Below are positions 22,386-32,000 of a stretch of DNA of 32,000 nt, one piece after another (the stretch's first letter is position 1; each line of letters begins with the position of its first letter). The stretch comes from Demequinaceae bacterium (GTDB taxonomy: Bacteria > Actinomycetota > Actinomycetes > Actinomycetales > Demequinaceae). Location of the stretch: the NCBI GenBank assembly GCA_965250005.1, contig OZ252279.1, positions 1,290,001 through 1,322,000 of the forward strand, read 5' to 3'. Below the pieces are notes generated by a model. That model saw only the letters and a list, made by a program, of their open reading frames with translations. It was not told where the DNA came from and did not search any database. Made by a program: the position numbers and the translations under genes.

Positions 22386-23573
22386 GTGCCTTCCGAGCGT
22401 TCAACCTCCATGACCTCCACCGCGATCACGAGCGCCCTGCTGTCCCGACCGGGCGGCGTCGAGGCCGCTGGCCCCGACGCCGGCGTGGCGTGGCACTACG
22501 GAGACCCCGCGTCAGAGGCCCGCGCGCTTGAGGAGGGACGCGGGGTCGCCGACCAGTCACACCTAGGAGTGGTGACCGTGACCGGCCCGGACCGCCTCAC
22601 GTGGCTCAACTCGCTCGGCACTCAAGAGGTCGCAGCGCTCGAGCCTGGGGTGAGCGTCGAATTCATGATCCTGTCCCCGCAGGGCCGCGTCGAACACGTC
22701 GCTGGCCTCGTGGACGACGGCACCACAGCGTGGCTCATCAGCGAGACCGCACCTGGCTTGGCAGCACACCTCGACAGGATGCGTTTCATGCTGCGCGTCG
22801 AGGTGGCCGATGTGAGCGCCGCCTGGGCGGCGCTCGGCGAGGCCATCGCGGCTCCCGCCGCCGCGGGCGAGCCCGTCACGTGGGTGGACCCTTGGCCCGG
22901 CATCACCGCCGGAGGCACCTCGTACGCCCCCAAGAGGGCCGCAGACCATCCGGGCTCCGCCCGCAAGTGGCGCCTGGTGCTGGTGCCGCGCTACAGGCTT
23001 GACACTGCAGTTCAGGAACGCCTGGATACCGGATGGACCCTCGCGGGAACGTGGGCCACCGAAGCCGCGAGAATCGCGGCGCATCGTCCCCGATCCACCA
23101 CCGAGGTGGACGCCACCACACTCCCGCACGAACTCGACTGGTTGCGTACCGCGGTCCATCTCCACAAGGGCTGCTACCGCGGCCAAGAGACGGTCGCCAA
23201 GGTGCACAACGTCGGCCGCCCGCCGCGCCGTCTCACGCTGCTCCACCTCGATGGCTCCGCCCATACGCTCCCCGAGACCAACGCTGACGTTGTCATCCCC
23301 GGAGGGGACGCGCCCAAGGTCATCGGCCGCATCACCTCCGTCGCCCGCCATCATGAGCTGGGGCCCATCGCCCTCGCGCTCCTCAAACGCTCCACCGACC
23401 CCAGCCTGACGCTCGAGGTGCCGTCCGAGGGCGGCGCCCTAGCCGCCACCCAAGAGGTCATCGTCAACGCTGACGGATTCTCCGTTGACCGTCCACCCAA
23501 GCCTGGCCCCACCGCCCGCGGACTGCTCATGGGCGATGGCTGCGCCGCCGACGGCGGCGACCTTCCCGGCTAA
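22386..23573 (+). CDS. ygfZ: Folate-binding protein YgfZ
   Basis: GCVT-like N-terminus (VTGPDRLTWLNSLGTQEVAAL) and the signature KGCYRGQETVAKVHNVGRPPRRL. Confidence 0.93.
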   Translation: MPSERSTSMTSTAITSALLSRPGGVEAAGPDAGVAWHYGDPASEARALEEGRGVADQSHLGVVTVTGPDRLTWLNSLGTQEVAALEPGVSVEFMILSPQGRVEHVAGLVDDGTTAWLISETAPGLAAHLDRMRFMLRVEVADVSAAWAALGEAIAAPAAAGEPVTWVDPWPGITAGGTSYAPKRAADHPGSARKWRLVLVPRYRLDTAVQERLDTGWTLAGTWATEAARIAAHRPRSTTEVDATTLPHELDWLRTAVHLHKGCYRGQETVAKVHNVGRPPRRLTLLHLDGSAHTLPETNADVVIPGGDAPKVIGRITSVARHHELGPIALALLKRSTDPSLTLEVPSEGGALAATQEVIVNADGFSVDRPPKPGPTARGLLMGDGCAADGGDLPG

Positions 23574-23624
23574 CTATTTCCGGAAGTTTGGTTGTAGTCC
23601 GGGCCATCGCGGTACGGTGATGAC

Positions 23625-23885
23625 GTGGAGATTACCGTCAGCGAATTGAAGTCGGCCACCAAGAAGTGGGTCGACGCCGCCAAGTCCGGCGAAGAGGTCG
23701 TCATCACGGACGGCGGCGTGCCCGTCGCTCGGCTGTCCGCGGTTGGCGCAGCCAGCCTCCTCGCGCGCCTCAAAGCCGACGGCCTGATCTCGCCGCCGGC
23801 CGGCGACCGGGCGGTGCCGCGCTTGCCACAGGCAGAGGCGGCCAAGGACGCGCTGTCGAGCCTCATGGGCCGGCTGCGCAGGTAA
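23625..23885 (+). CDS. Type II antitoxin, Phd/YefM (VapB-like) family
   Basis: MEITVSELKSATKKWVDAAKSGEEVVITDGGVPVARLSAV is the Phd/YefM N-terminal pattern; immediately upstream of a PIN-domain gene. Confidence 0.88.
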   Translation: MEITVSELKSATKKWVDAAKSGEEVVITDGGVPVARLSAVGAASLLARLKADGLISPPAGDRAVPRLPQAEAAKDALSSLMGRLRR

Positions 23886-23887
23886 CC

Positions 23888-24322
23888 GTGGCACTCGTTT
23901 ATCTCGATACCTCCGCCCTCGTTAAACTCTGCGTCCATGAAACGGGTACGCCCCTTGCCGTCGCGCTCTGGGAGGGCGCGGACGCGCTCGCGAGCTCACG
24001 CATTGCCGACACCGAGGTGCGCTCCGTCGTGGCCACCGCCCAGCGCATCGGCCGCATTGACGCTGCCCCCGCTCAGCTCGCTTTGGAGCGGTGGGACAAG
24101 ATACGTGCCGGGCTCTACACCGTTGAGGTGAGCGCTCAGGTCTCGGAACGCGCGAGCGATCTTGTCACCAAGCGCCCCATTCGCGCGGCCGATGGAATTC
24201 ACCTCGCTAGCGCACTGTTATTGGACGATGTACCCGACCTGCTCTTCGCCGCGTGGGACAAGCGGCTCGCTGCCGCCGCCCGCATGGAGGGCCTGACCAT
24301 TCTTCCCCCTGGAGTCAATTGA
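23888..24322 (+). CDS. vapC: PIN-domain toxin, VapC family
   Basis: GTG at 23888; LVYLDTSALVKLCVHE, DTEVRSVVATA, RAADGIHLASALLL, FAAWDKRLAAAA; acidic PIN residues present. Confidence 0.9.
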   Translation: MALVYLDTSALVKLCVHETGTPLAVALWEGADALASSRIADTEVRSVVATAQRIGRIDAAPAQLALERWDKIRAGLYTVEVSAQVSERASDLVTKRPIRAADGIHLASALLLDDVPDLLFAAWDKRLAAAARMEGLTILPPGVN

Positions 24323-24663
24323 TGTTCGGAGTAATCCAGCACTACGTCTTCATCGCGCTCGCCATCGGGGCATTCGGTTTCGAGGCATTCGCGTTCGTCG
24401 GCGCGATGCGCTTCTCAAGCGGAACCTTCGATGCGGTCGGTAAGCGCTCCAAGAAGTTCTGGGGCCTCATTCTGGGCATCGCCGCGTCGATTGGGTTCCT
24501 CGGTCTGCCGCAGCCGCTTGGACTGAGCTTCACGTCGCCGGTGGGCATCGTTGGACTGGCCGCGATCGTGGGTGCCGGGGTCTACATGGCGACAATCCGT
24601 CCCAAGCTTCAGGCAGTTCAGCAACCACGCGGGCCGCGCCGCGAGCAGACCGGCGGCTGGTAG
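24322..24663 (+). CDS. DUF2516-family membrane protein
   Basis: 113 aa from ATG 24322 (TGATG overlap with vapC): MFGVIQHYVFIALAIGAFGFEAFAFVGAMRFSSGTF...KKFWGLILGIA, the family pattern. Confidence 0.8.
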   Translation: MFGVIQHYVFIALAIGAFGFEAFAFVGAMRFSSGTFDAVGKRSKKFWGLILGIAASIGFLGLPQPLGLSFTSPVGIVGLAAIVGAGVYMATIRPKLQAVQQPRGPRREQTGGW

Positions 24664-24684
24664 TGCCCGGAAGAGCCTAGGCAC

Positions 24685-25110
24685 ATGAGAGCCGTCTTGC
24701 AGCGTGCGACTCGCGCCTCAGTGACCGTGGAAGGCAACGTCACCGCGTCGTTTGACCGCGAGGGAATCGTCGCTCTCGTGGGCGCCACCCACGACGACGG
24801 CCCCGACCAGGTAGCCGCCATCGCCCGCAAGATCGCAGAGCTACGCATCCTCGACGGCGAGGTCTCCGTGGCCGACGCGGGCGCGCCGGTCATCGTCGTC
24901 AGCCAATTCACCTTGTACGCGGATACCAAGAAGGGCCGGCGCCCGTCGTGGAACGGAGCTGCGCCCGGCGACATGGCCGAGCCGCTCGTGGATGCCATCG
25001 TCGCGGACCTTCGCGCGCGCGGCCTCGACGTGGGAACAGGGGTGTTTGGCGCCCACATGCAGGTGGACCTGGTGAACGACGGTCCCGTCACGCTCATCGT
25101 CGATGCATAG
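24685..25110 (+). CDS. dtd: D-aminoacyl-tRNA deacylase
   Basis: MRAVLQRATRASVTVEG, IVVSQFTLYADTKKGRRPSW, VGTGVFGAHMQVDLVNDGPVTLIVD. Confidence 0.96.
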   Translation: MRAVLQRATRASVTVEGNVTASFDREGIVALVGATHDDGPDQVAAIARKIAELRILDGEVSVADAGAPVIVVSQFTLYADTKKGRRPSWNGAAPGDMAEPLVDAIVADLRARGLDVGTGVFGAHMQVDLVNDGPVTLIVDA

Positions 25111-25265
25111 GCGCCCCGAGGCCGCAGCAACCGAATTGTCTGATTCATCACGGCCTCACGCCCGTGGCGAACATGGGCATGGCTACCCACCTCCCGCAGT
25201 TAGCATCGAATAAGAACCAACGGGTGCCCGCGTATGGAATCCCGTGGCAGAACTGAGGAGGGACC

Positions 25266-27833
25266 ATGTTCGAGCGGTTTACCGACCGAGCCCGTCGCGT
25301 CGTTGTGCTTGCGCAAGAAGAGGCGCGCATGCTCAACCACAACTACATCGGCACCGAGCACATCCTGCTCGGCCTGGTGCGCGAAGGCGAAGGAGTCGCC
25401 GCCAAGGCGCTCGAAGCGATGGACATCTCACTCAACGGCGTCCGCGAGCAGGTGCAGGAGATCATCGGCGAGGGTTCGCACGCCCCGTCCGGTCACATCC
25501 CCTTCACGCCGCGCGCCAAGAAGGTCCTCGAGCTGTCACTGCGCGAAGCGCTGCAGTTAGGCCACAACTACATCGGCACCGAGCACATCCTGCTCGGCCT
25601 CATTCGCGAGGGCGAAGGCGTTGCCGCACAGGTCCTCAACAAGCTTGGCGCCGACCTCGGTGGCGTCCGTCAGCAGGTCATCCAACTGCTCTCCGGCTAC
25701 GAGGGCAAGGAGCCCGCGACGTCCGGTGGAGGCGGGCCCCAGGAGGGCACGCCCTCCGGCTCAACCGTCCTCGACCAGTTCGGCCGCAACCTCACCCAGG
25801 CCGCGCGCGAAGGCAAGCTCGACCCGGTGATCGGGCGCGAAATGGCCATGGAGCGCGTGATGCAGGTGCTGAGCCGCCGCACCAAGAACAACCCCGTACT
25901 GATTGGCGAACCCGGCGTCGGCAAGACTGCCGTGGTCGAGGGGCTCGCCCAGGCGATAGTGCGCGGGGATGTGCCCGAGACCCTCAAGGACAAGCACCTG
26001 TACACGCTGGACCTCGGCTCGCTCGTTGCGGGCTCCCGCTACCGCGGCGACTTCGAGGAACGCCTCAAGAAGGTGCTCAAGGAGATTCGCACGCGTGGCG
26101 ACATCATTCTGTTCATCGATGAAATCCACACGCTCGTGGGTGCCGGTGCCGCCGAGGGCGCGATCGACGCCGCAAGCATCCTGAAGCCAATGCTCGCGCG
26201 CGGTGAGCTCCAGACCATCGGCGCGACCACGCTCGATGAGTACCGCAAGCACGTCGAGAAGGATGCCGCGCTCGAGCGTCGCTTCCAGCCCATCCAGGTG
26301 CCGGAGCCGGAGATCGGCCAGACCATCGAGATCCTCAAGGGTTTGCGCGACCGCTACGAAGCGTTCCACCGTGTCACCATCACGGACGAAGCGATCGTGG
26401 CCGCAGCCCAGATGGCGGACCGCTACATTTCTGACCGGTTCCTGCCGGACAAAGCGATCGACCTGATTGATGAGGCTGGCGCGCGCCTGCGCATTCGCCG
26501 CATGACGTCGCCGCCCGAACTTCGCGACCTTGACGAGAAGATCGCCAACGCACGCAAGGACAAGGAAGGCGCGATCGACGAGCAGGACTTCGAGAAGGCT
26601 GCCGCCCTACGCGACGTGGAGCGCCGTCTCACGGAGGAGCGCGCGGAGAAGGAGGAGGCCTGGAAGTCAGGCGACCTCGATGTCGCGGCTGTCGTGGACG
26701 AGGATTTGATCGCAGAGGTCCTGTCTATGAGCACCGGCGTCCCCGTTGCTCGCGTATCGAGCGACGAGTCCGCTCGACTGCTCAATATGGAAGAAGAGCT
26801 ACACAAGCGCGTTGTGGGGCAGGAGCAGGCCATCAAGGTCCTCTCGCAGGCCATCCGACGCACGCGTGCCGGACTCAAGGACCCCAAGCGTCCCGGCGGC
26901 TCGTTCATCTTCGCTGGCCCCACAGGTGTCGGCAAGACCGAACTCGCCAAGGCGCTCGCCGAGTTCCTGTTCGGCGACGAGGACGCTCTCATCAGCCTCG
27001 ACATGTCCGAGTACGGTGAGAAGCACACGGTCGCGCGACTCTTCGGAGCGCCCCCCGGCTACGTGGGCTTCGAGGAGGGCGGCCAGCTCACCGAGAAGGT
27101 GCGCCGCAAGCCCTTCAGCGTGGTGCTGTTCGACGAGGTCGAAAAGGCCCACCCCGACATCTTCAACTCGCTGCTTCAGATCCTCGAAGACGGCAAGCTG
27201 ACGGATGCTCAGGGCCGCGAGGTGAACTTCAAGAACACCATCATCATCATGACCACCAACCTGGGCGCGGACGCAATCTCCAAGCGCCAGGCCACGGGCT
27301 TCTCCGTGGCGCACACTGGTGGCCAGACGTACGACGAGATGGTCAAGCTAGTGAACTCCAAACTTAAGGATCACTTCAAGCCTGAGTTCCTCAACCGCGT
27401 CGACAACGTGGTGGTGTTCCCGCAGCTCACACAAGACGAGATCGTCAAGATCGTCGACCTCATGGTGGCTCAACTCGACACCCGGATGCGCGACAAGGAC
27501 ATGGGCATCGTGCTCACGCCCGCAGCCAAGCAGATGCTGGCCATCAAGGGCTACGACCCGGTTCTGGGGGCGCGACCACTTCGCCGTGCACTCCAGCGCG
27601 AGATCGAGGACGCCCTCAGCGAGAAGATCCTCTTTGGAGATCTCACCGCCGGGCAGGTCGTTCACGTCGATGCAAAGGGGGAGGGCGTCTCGGGCGAGTT
27701 CACGTTCAAGGGCCTCGTCAAGGACGATGTCACTGACGAGCCCACCGCAACCGAGCCCAAACCCAAGGCGAAGGCCGCAAAGAAGGCGCCCAGTGCGGAC
27801 GCCGACGAGCCCAAGGCTGGCGCCAAGAAGTAG
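25266..27833 (+). CDS. clpC: ATP-dependent Clp protease ATP-binding subunit ClpC
   Basis: Two ClpN repeats, Walker [14 protein letters not shown] and [17 protein letters not shown]-like middle region, [37 protein letters not shown]; RBS GAGGAGG. Confidence 0.98.
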   Translation: MFERFTDRARRVVVLAQEEARMLNHNYIGTEHILLGLVREGEGVAAKALEAMDISLNGVREQVQEIIGEGSHAPSGHIPFTPRAKKVLELSLREALQLGHNYIGTEHILLGLIREGEGVAAQVLNKLGADLGGVRQQVIQLLSGYEGKEPATSGGGGPQEGTPSGSTVLDQFGRNLTQAAREGKLDPVIGREMAMERVMQVLSRRTKNNPVLIGEPGVGKTAVVEGLAQAIVRGDVPETLKDKHLYTLDLGSLVAGSRYRGDFEERLKKVLKEIRTRGDIILFIDEIHTLVGAGAAEGAIDAASILKPMLARGELQTIGATTLDEYRKHVEKDAALERRFQPIQVPEPEIGQTIEILKGLRDRYEAFHRVTITDEAIVAAAQMADRYISDRFLPDKAIDLIDEAGARLRIRRMTSPPELRDLDEKIANARKDKEGAIDEQDFEKAAALRDVERRLTEERAEKEEAWKSGDLDVAAVVDEDLIAEVLSMSTGVPVARVSSDESARLLNMEEELHKRVVGQEQAIKVLSQAIRRTRAGLKDPKRPGGSFIFAGPTGVGKTELAKALAEFLFGDEDALISLDMSEYGEKHTVARLFGAPPGYVGFEEGGQLTEKVRRKPFSVVLFDEVEKAHPDIFNSLLQILEDGKLTDAQGREVNFKNTIIIMTTNLGADAISKRQATGFSVAHTGGQTYDEMVKLVNSKLKDHFKPEFLNRVDNVVVFPQLTQDEIVKIVDLMVAQLDTRMRDKDMGIVLTPAAKQMLAIKGYDPVLGARPLRRALQREIEDALSEKILFGDLTAGQVVHVDAKGEGVSGEFTFKGLVKDDVTDEPTATEPKPKAKAAKKAPSADADEPKAGAKK

Positions 27834-27981
27834 CCGCCTCTACCAAGCGAACGGCGTGCATCGCCCCTACTGTGGGGTGCATGCGCGCCGTCGTCGCTTC
27901 CGGATTGATCGTTGGCTCGTTGCCTGGGTGGGCCACGGGTGCCGCGGTTTGTGCATCGAGCCGTTTCGGTATTCTTGCGTC

Positions 27982-28989
27982 ATGACCCACACTCCCCATG
28001 CCGCGAACAGCGCGCGCTACGACAAAATGAACTATCGCCGATGCGGCGAGTCCGGCATCCGACTGCCCGGCGTCTCGCTGGGGCTGTGGCAGAACTTCGG
28101 TGACGCGAATGGCCTCGCGCGCCAGCGCGACATCATCCTCGATGCGTTCGATATGGGCATCACCCACTACGACCTCGCGAACAACTACGGCCCACCTCCC
28201 GGAAGCGCCGAGCGCAACTTCGGCGGCATCTTTGCGCGAGACCTCAAGGCGTACCGAGACGAGATCCTTATTTCGACCAAGGCCGGCTACTTGATGTGGC
28301 CCGGCCCGTACGGCGAGTGGGGTTCTCGCAAGAGCCTGCTGAGCTCGCTAGACCAGTCTCTAAACCGCATGGGTCTGGATTACGTGGATATCTTCTACCA
28401 CCACCGCCCCGACGCGGACACGCCCATCGAGGAGTCGATGATGACACTCGACCAGGCCGTGCGATCGGGCAAGGCGCTATACGCAGGCATCTCCAACTAC
28501 GGACCCGACGCCACGCGCGAGGCCATTCGCATCCTCAACCACCTGGGCACGCCCCTGCTCATTCACCAGCCCAAGTACTCGATGTTCGAGCGCACGCCCG
28601 AAGACGGGCTGCTCGACGTGCTCGAGGAAGAGGGCGTCGGCTCGATCGTGTTCTCGCCGCTCGATCAGGGCCGGCTCACCGACCGGTACCTCAAGGGCAT
28701 CCCGGAGGGCTCGCGAGCAACCCACAGCCAGTTCCTGACCGCGAAGCAGATCACGCAAGCGTACCTCGAGCGCGCTAATGCGCTCAACGAGATTGCCAAG
28801 GGGCGCGGCCAGTCGCTCGCCCAAATGGCCATCCAGTGGGTGTTATGCAACGACCGTGTCACGTCAGCACTGGTGGGCGCGTCGTCCGTGGAGCAGCTAC
28901 GCAACTCCGTCGCGGCGCTCGACTTCGAACCTCTCACCGCCGAAGAGATCGCAGCAATCGAACCGCATGCGATCCACGGCACTAACTAG
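27982..28989 (+). CDS. Aldo/keto reductase (L-glyceraldehyde 3-phosphate reductase-like)
   Basis: ATG 27982 in the longer ORF; MNYRRCGESGIRLPGVSLGLWQNFG, GITHYDLANNYGPPPGSAERNFG, STKAGYLMWPGPYG, YVDIFYHHRPD. Confidence 0.93.
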   Translation: MTHTPHAANSARYDKMNYRRCGESGIRLPGVSLGLWQNFGDANGLARQRDIILDAFDMGITHYDLANNYGPPPGSAERNFGGIFARDLKAYRDEILISTKAGYLMWPGPYGEWGSRKSLLSSLDQSLNRMGLDYVDIFYHHRPDADTPIEESMMTLDQAVRSGKALYAGISNYGPDATREAIRILNHLGTPLLIHQPKYSMFERTPEDGLLDVLEEEGVGSIVFSPLDQGRLTDRYLKGIPEGSRATHSQFLTAKQITQAYLERANALNEIAKGRGQSLAQMAIQWVLCNDRVTSALVGASSVEQLRNSVAALDFEPLTAEEIAAIEPHAIHGTN

Positions 28990-28999
28990 GGCGCCAGCG

Positions 29000-29506
29000 G
29001 TGAGCACAGCGGGCGTCAGTGTTCGGGCGGCCGTGCCGTCCGACGTGTTGGCGATCCGCGAGATTGTCGAGAACTACACGACCGATCGCATTCTGCTCGC
29101 GCACGACCTGGTCGCGTACTACGAAGCGGTCACTGACTTCGTGGTTGCGGAAAAGGACCGCGAGATCGTGGGCTGCGGCGCCCTGCACGTGCTGTGGAGC
29201 GACCTCGGCGAGGTACGCACCCTTGGTGTCACGCCCGCGTTGCGCGGCACGGGGGTGGGCCACCTGATGCTCGACGCGCTTCACGCTCGAGCGCGGGAAC
29301 TCAACCTTGCACGGCTGTTCTGCCTCACGTTTGAAGTGGACTTCTTCACCCAGCACGGTTACGCGCCCGTCGCCGGCGAAGTGGTGGACCCCGATGTCTA
29401 CCGCGAGATGATGCTCAGCCACGACGACGGCGTGGCCGAGTTCCTCGACCTCGCGCGCATGAAGCCGAACACGCTTGGCAACACGCGGATGCTACGCGCC
29501 CTCTAA
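29000..29506 (+). CDS. argA: GNAT-family amino-acid N-acetyltransferase (ArgA-like)
   Basis: VRAAVPSDVLAIREIVENYT, GCGALHVLWSDLGEVRTLGVTPALRGTGVGHLML, LFCLTFEVDFFTQHGYAPV; GTG start at 29000. Confidence 0.82.
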   Translation: MSTAGVSVRAAVPSDVLAIREIVENYTTDRILLAHDLVAYYEAVTDFVVAEKDREIVGCGALHVLWSDLGEVRTLGVTPALRGTGVGHLMLDALHARARELNLARLFCLTFEVDFFTQHGYAPVAGEVVDPDVYREMMLSHDDGVAEFLDLARMKPNTLGNTRMLRAL

Positions 29507-29532
29507 GCGCGACTTCCGGACAGCACAACTCC

Positions 29533-30033
29533 CTAGAAGCTCAAGTCGACGCAGAGGTCAGCCGAAGCCAGGTCTGCCGTGATGTACGGGATCTCGCGGA
29601 GGTGCGGCTGCCCGGTTCGGTAGTCATAGCGAGCGCGAGCAAGCCCGCTCTCGATAAGCCACAAACCAACGTCCTCGCCACCGTACTCGACGTAGCGCAG
29701 CAGACGGTCGTAGCGGTCACGGTTGGTGTCGGCGCCTGGGACCAGCGTGACGACCTGACCGCGCACTCTATCGTTGAGCGCGGCCCGCGCCTCCGAGTAC
29801 CCGCAATCGTCAATCTCGGGAGTATCGATCCCGATGACCCGGACGGTCTCTTCCACGCCGGCGCGGACGGCCACCAGGGTGTCGCCGTCGTACACCGTGG
29901 TCACCGTCCAGTCCTCGCCACCGGCGCCAGGACCGCCCTCGGGAAGGTGTCCTTGGCCTTGCGCCCACATCACGGCGCCAACGATCGCCAACACCGCCAA
30001 TGCGAGCAAGAGGTCTCTCAGGCGCTTCGACAC
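29533..30033 (-). CDS. Thermonuclease (SNase-like) family protein, secreted or anchored
   Basis: N-terminal TM then VTTVYDGDTLVAVRAGVEETVRVIGIDTPEIDDC, DRYDRLLRYV, LIESGLARA. Confidence 0.92.
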   Translation of the reverse strand: MSKRLRDLLLALAVLAIVGAVMWAQGQGHLPEGGPGAGGEDWTVTTVYDGDTLVAVRAGVEETVRVIGIDTPEIDDCGYSEARAALNDRVRGQVVTLVPGADTNRDRYDRLLRYVEYGGEDVGLWLIESGLARARYDYRTGQPHLREIPYITADLASADLCVDLSF

Positions 30034-30051
30034 TCCACCATCTTCGCAGGC

Positions 30052-30979
30052 CTAGAGCTCGTGAGTTCCTGATGCCGCGCGGGCTTCGCGAGCGAGGCCA
30101 TCGGCTACGAGCGTCTCAAAGCACCGGTCCAGTTGCCCTGGCTCCACGTCCTTCAGCTCGACGCGGCCCGTGATGGCGATTGGCCTCGTGCCGTCCCGCA
30201 GAGTCGCCATGATCCGGCCGCGAACCTGTCGATCCGTACCGGCCCACGGCTGGGACCGGCGTGGCGCGTCAGCTAAACCGGGCTTGCCCTTCGCAAGCCA
30301 CCGGCAGTCGTCTGCTACCGGACAGGCGTCGCAGTTCAGCGATCGGGACGTACAGATCAACGCTCCCAGTTCCATCGCAGCGACGTTCCAGCGAGCAGAC
30401 GCTGCGCCGTCGACCGGCACCAGCGCATCGGCCGCGTCGCGCTCAAGCGCGCGTAATGTGGCCAGGAGGCAGCGCCCGGCCGCGCCACACCCTTCCAATC
30501 ACGCGCCTCACGTTGGTATCGAGCACCACCGCCCGACGGCCGAACGCGAACGCCATGACCGCCATGACCGCCATGACCGCCGCCGCAGTGTACTCACCTA
30601 CGCCAGGCAGCGTGCGCAGGTCCGTCTCGGTGATCGGCACCTCCCCGTCCAAATCGCGCTCGATGGCCTGCGCGCACTCGCGCAGCCACTTGGCTCGACG
30701 CGGATACCCTAGCCGCCCCCAAGCTCGCACCACGTCAGCCTGCGGCGCTGCCGCCAGCGCGCCGGGCGTGGGCCACCGCATCATCCACTCGCGCCACAGT
30801 GGGAGCGCGCGGTCCACGGGCGTCTGCTGAAGCATGACCTCGCTGACCAAAACTCCCCAAGCGAAAGAATCGGCTTCACGCCACGGAAGCGCCCGGCCCT
30901 CGCGGTCGTACCACCTGCCTATTCGCTCCACCACCGCGGCCGTGCGGCGTGTGTTCGGCTCCTGAGATTTCTGCGGCAT
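30052..30979 (-). pseudogene. mutY: A/G-specific adenine glycosylase, interrupted by an apparent +1 frameshift
   Basis: Frame 1 (30979-30443): LPWREAD...WGVLVSEVMLQQTPVDRALPLWREWMMRWPT...LPGVGEYTAAAV...VVLDTNVRRVIGRVWRG then TGA; frame 2 (30444-30052) resumes ERDAADALVP...ARWNVAAMELGALICTSRSLNCDACPVADDC. Removing one T gives a 308-aa protein. Confidence 0.88.
30551..30580 (+). repeat. 9-bp tandem repeat (cgccatgac x3) inside mutY
   Basis: Direct reading cgccatgaccgccatgaccgccatgac; encodes VMAVMAVMA on the minus strand. Confidence 0.93.
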
Positions 30980-31038
30980 GGCTGCAGTGTCCCAGCGCCC
31001 GGCGGCGTTAACGTAGAAGCAGCCCTGAAGGAGGAGCG

Positions 31039-31647
31039 GTGGACGGAATTCAGCGCCCGGTGGGCGATTTGCCCGCAGAGGTCTATTGGCGACGTCGCGT
31101 CGTGGCCATCGGCCTGCTCATCCTCGCGGTGCTGGTGTTGTACTACCTGGTCAAACCCCTCTTTGGATCACCGGAATCGGCCCCGACTCCCACGCCCACT
31201 CCAACACCTTCGCCCAGCGCATCGGCGCCCGTGGATCTCACCACGGCGCGCGCATGCGGCCCCGCCGACTTGACGATAGTGGTCGCCCCTAGCCCACGCG
31301 ACTTTCCCGCCGGCTCCATCCCTCTGTTCAACGTCACCATCAATCACACGGGATTCACGGACTGTGTGCTCGACACCGCCGCGGAAGACGCCCAACTACT
31401 GGTGACCAGCGGAAGCGACCGAATATGGTCCAACATCGACTGCCCCGCTGGAGACCTATTCTCTCCAACCGTCGAACTGCTATCGCCCGACGACACCAGG
31501 GCGCTGACCGTGACATGGCCGCGCATCCGCTCAGACCAGCAGTGCTCGACCACTCTGCCCGCGCCCGGGGCACCTGGCACCTACCGTGCTCTGGTCACAC
31601 TCCAGGGGATCGAAGCTGAAGTCGCGGTCTTCACGTTGAGCAACTAG
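31039..31647 (+). CDS. Membrane-anchored extracytoplasmic protein with Thr/Pro/Ser linker
   Basis: 202 aa; TM VVAIGLLILAVLVLYYLV, linker PTPTPTPTPSPSASAP, then an Ig-like extracellular-style domain containing several cysteines. Confidence 0.75.
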   Translation: MDGIQRPVGDLPAEVYWRRRVVAIGLLILAVLVLYYLVKPLFGSPESAPTPTPTPTPSPSASAPVDLTTARACGPADLTIVVAPSPRDFPAGSIPLFNVTINHTGFTDCVLDTAAEDAQLLVTSGSDRIWSNIDCPAGDLFSPTVELLSPDDTRALTVTWPRIRSDQQCSTTLPAPGAPGTYRALVTLQGIEAEVAVFTLSN

Positions 31648-31656
31648 CGCAGCGCT

Positions 31657-32000
31657 TCAATTGGGCAGAGCTAGTTGGACGGCCTGCGCAATGGTGTCGA
31701 CGCGGTGTACCTTGATGGGCGATGGTGGAATGGTCGCGGTACCTGCCGGGACAATCATGTCGGTGAACCCGAGCCTGGCGGCCTCTGCTACGCGTTGAGC
31801 GAGGCCGCGAATGGGCCGAATCTCCCCGGACAACGCAACCTCCCCTACCGCTGCTATTTTTTGTTTGACGGCGCGATCACTGCGCGCGCTTGCGAGCGCC
31901 AACGCAAGAGCAAGGTCTGCGGCAGGCTCGACTACGCGGGCGCCACCAATGGTGCCGACGTAGACGTCCTCCGTTCCCACAGCGAGGCCGGCTCGACGCT
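31657..32000 (-). CDS. radA: DNA repair protein RadA, C-terminal part; continues past the window edge
   Basis: RRAGLAVGTEDVYVGTIGGARVVEPAADLALALALASARSD...GEVALSGEIRPIRGLAQRVAEAARLGF matches the RadA Lon-like C-terminal domain; frame open to 32000. Confidence 0.9.
   Translation of the reverse strand, partial: RRAGLAVGTEDVYVGTIGGARVVEPAADLALALALASARSDRAVKQKIAAVGEVALSGEIRPIRGLAQRVAEAARLGFTDMIVPAGTATIPPSPIKVHRVDTIAQAVQLALPN

Noticed and set aside
25244-26122. 292-aa ORF and several 100-200-aa antisense ORFs in clpC
   Set aside because: Arg-rich shadow frames of a clear ClpC gene; no independent start region or domain evidence.

Overview
High-GC actinobacterial chromosome segment, mostly housekeeping genes in conserved order. 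Left to right: tRNA-Ser(CGA), a DUF4190-like membrane protein (-), a LytR C-terminal-domain protein (-), tRNA-Ser(GGA) (-), small SRP RNA (ffs), dnaX and recR with no ybaB gene between them. Next come a truncated ABC ATPase fragment (-) and a two-gene membrane module (-), then lysC-asd, then a second paralogous copy of the module (-). These are followed by tRNA-Pro(CGG) (-), a metallophosphoesterase (-), a PASTA-type penicillin-binding protein (-), a 51-aa DUF4177-like protein with a RidA-family protein, a Crp/Fnr regulator (-), a conserved hypothetical (-), nth, nhaA (-), a GlnR-type orphan response regulator (-), a membrane protein, a thioredoxin-like protein plus DUF4395, a 36-aa membrane peptide plus a nitrobindin/FABP-family protein, ygfZ, a Phd/VapB-VapC toxin-antitoxin pair, a DUF2516 protein, dtd, clpC, an aldo/keto reductase, an ArgA-like acetyltransferase, a thermonuclease (-), mutY broken by an apparent +1 frameshift (-), an anchored Thr/Pro/Ser-rich protein, and partial radA (-). 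No CRISPR array, transposase, prophage or obvious defence island was seen. The least explained items are (1) the duplicated two-gene membrane module bracketing lysC-asd, whose large subunit may be GT-C-like (inference), (2) the ABC ATPase remnant abutting recR, and (3) mutY, which has both a single-base frameshift and an expanded 9-bp in-frame tandem repeat. I found no convincing entirely new system; the paralogous membrane pair is the closest candidate.
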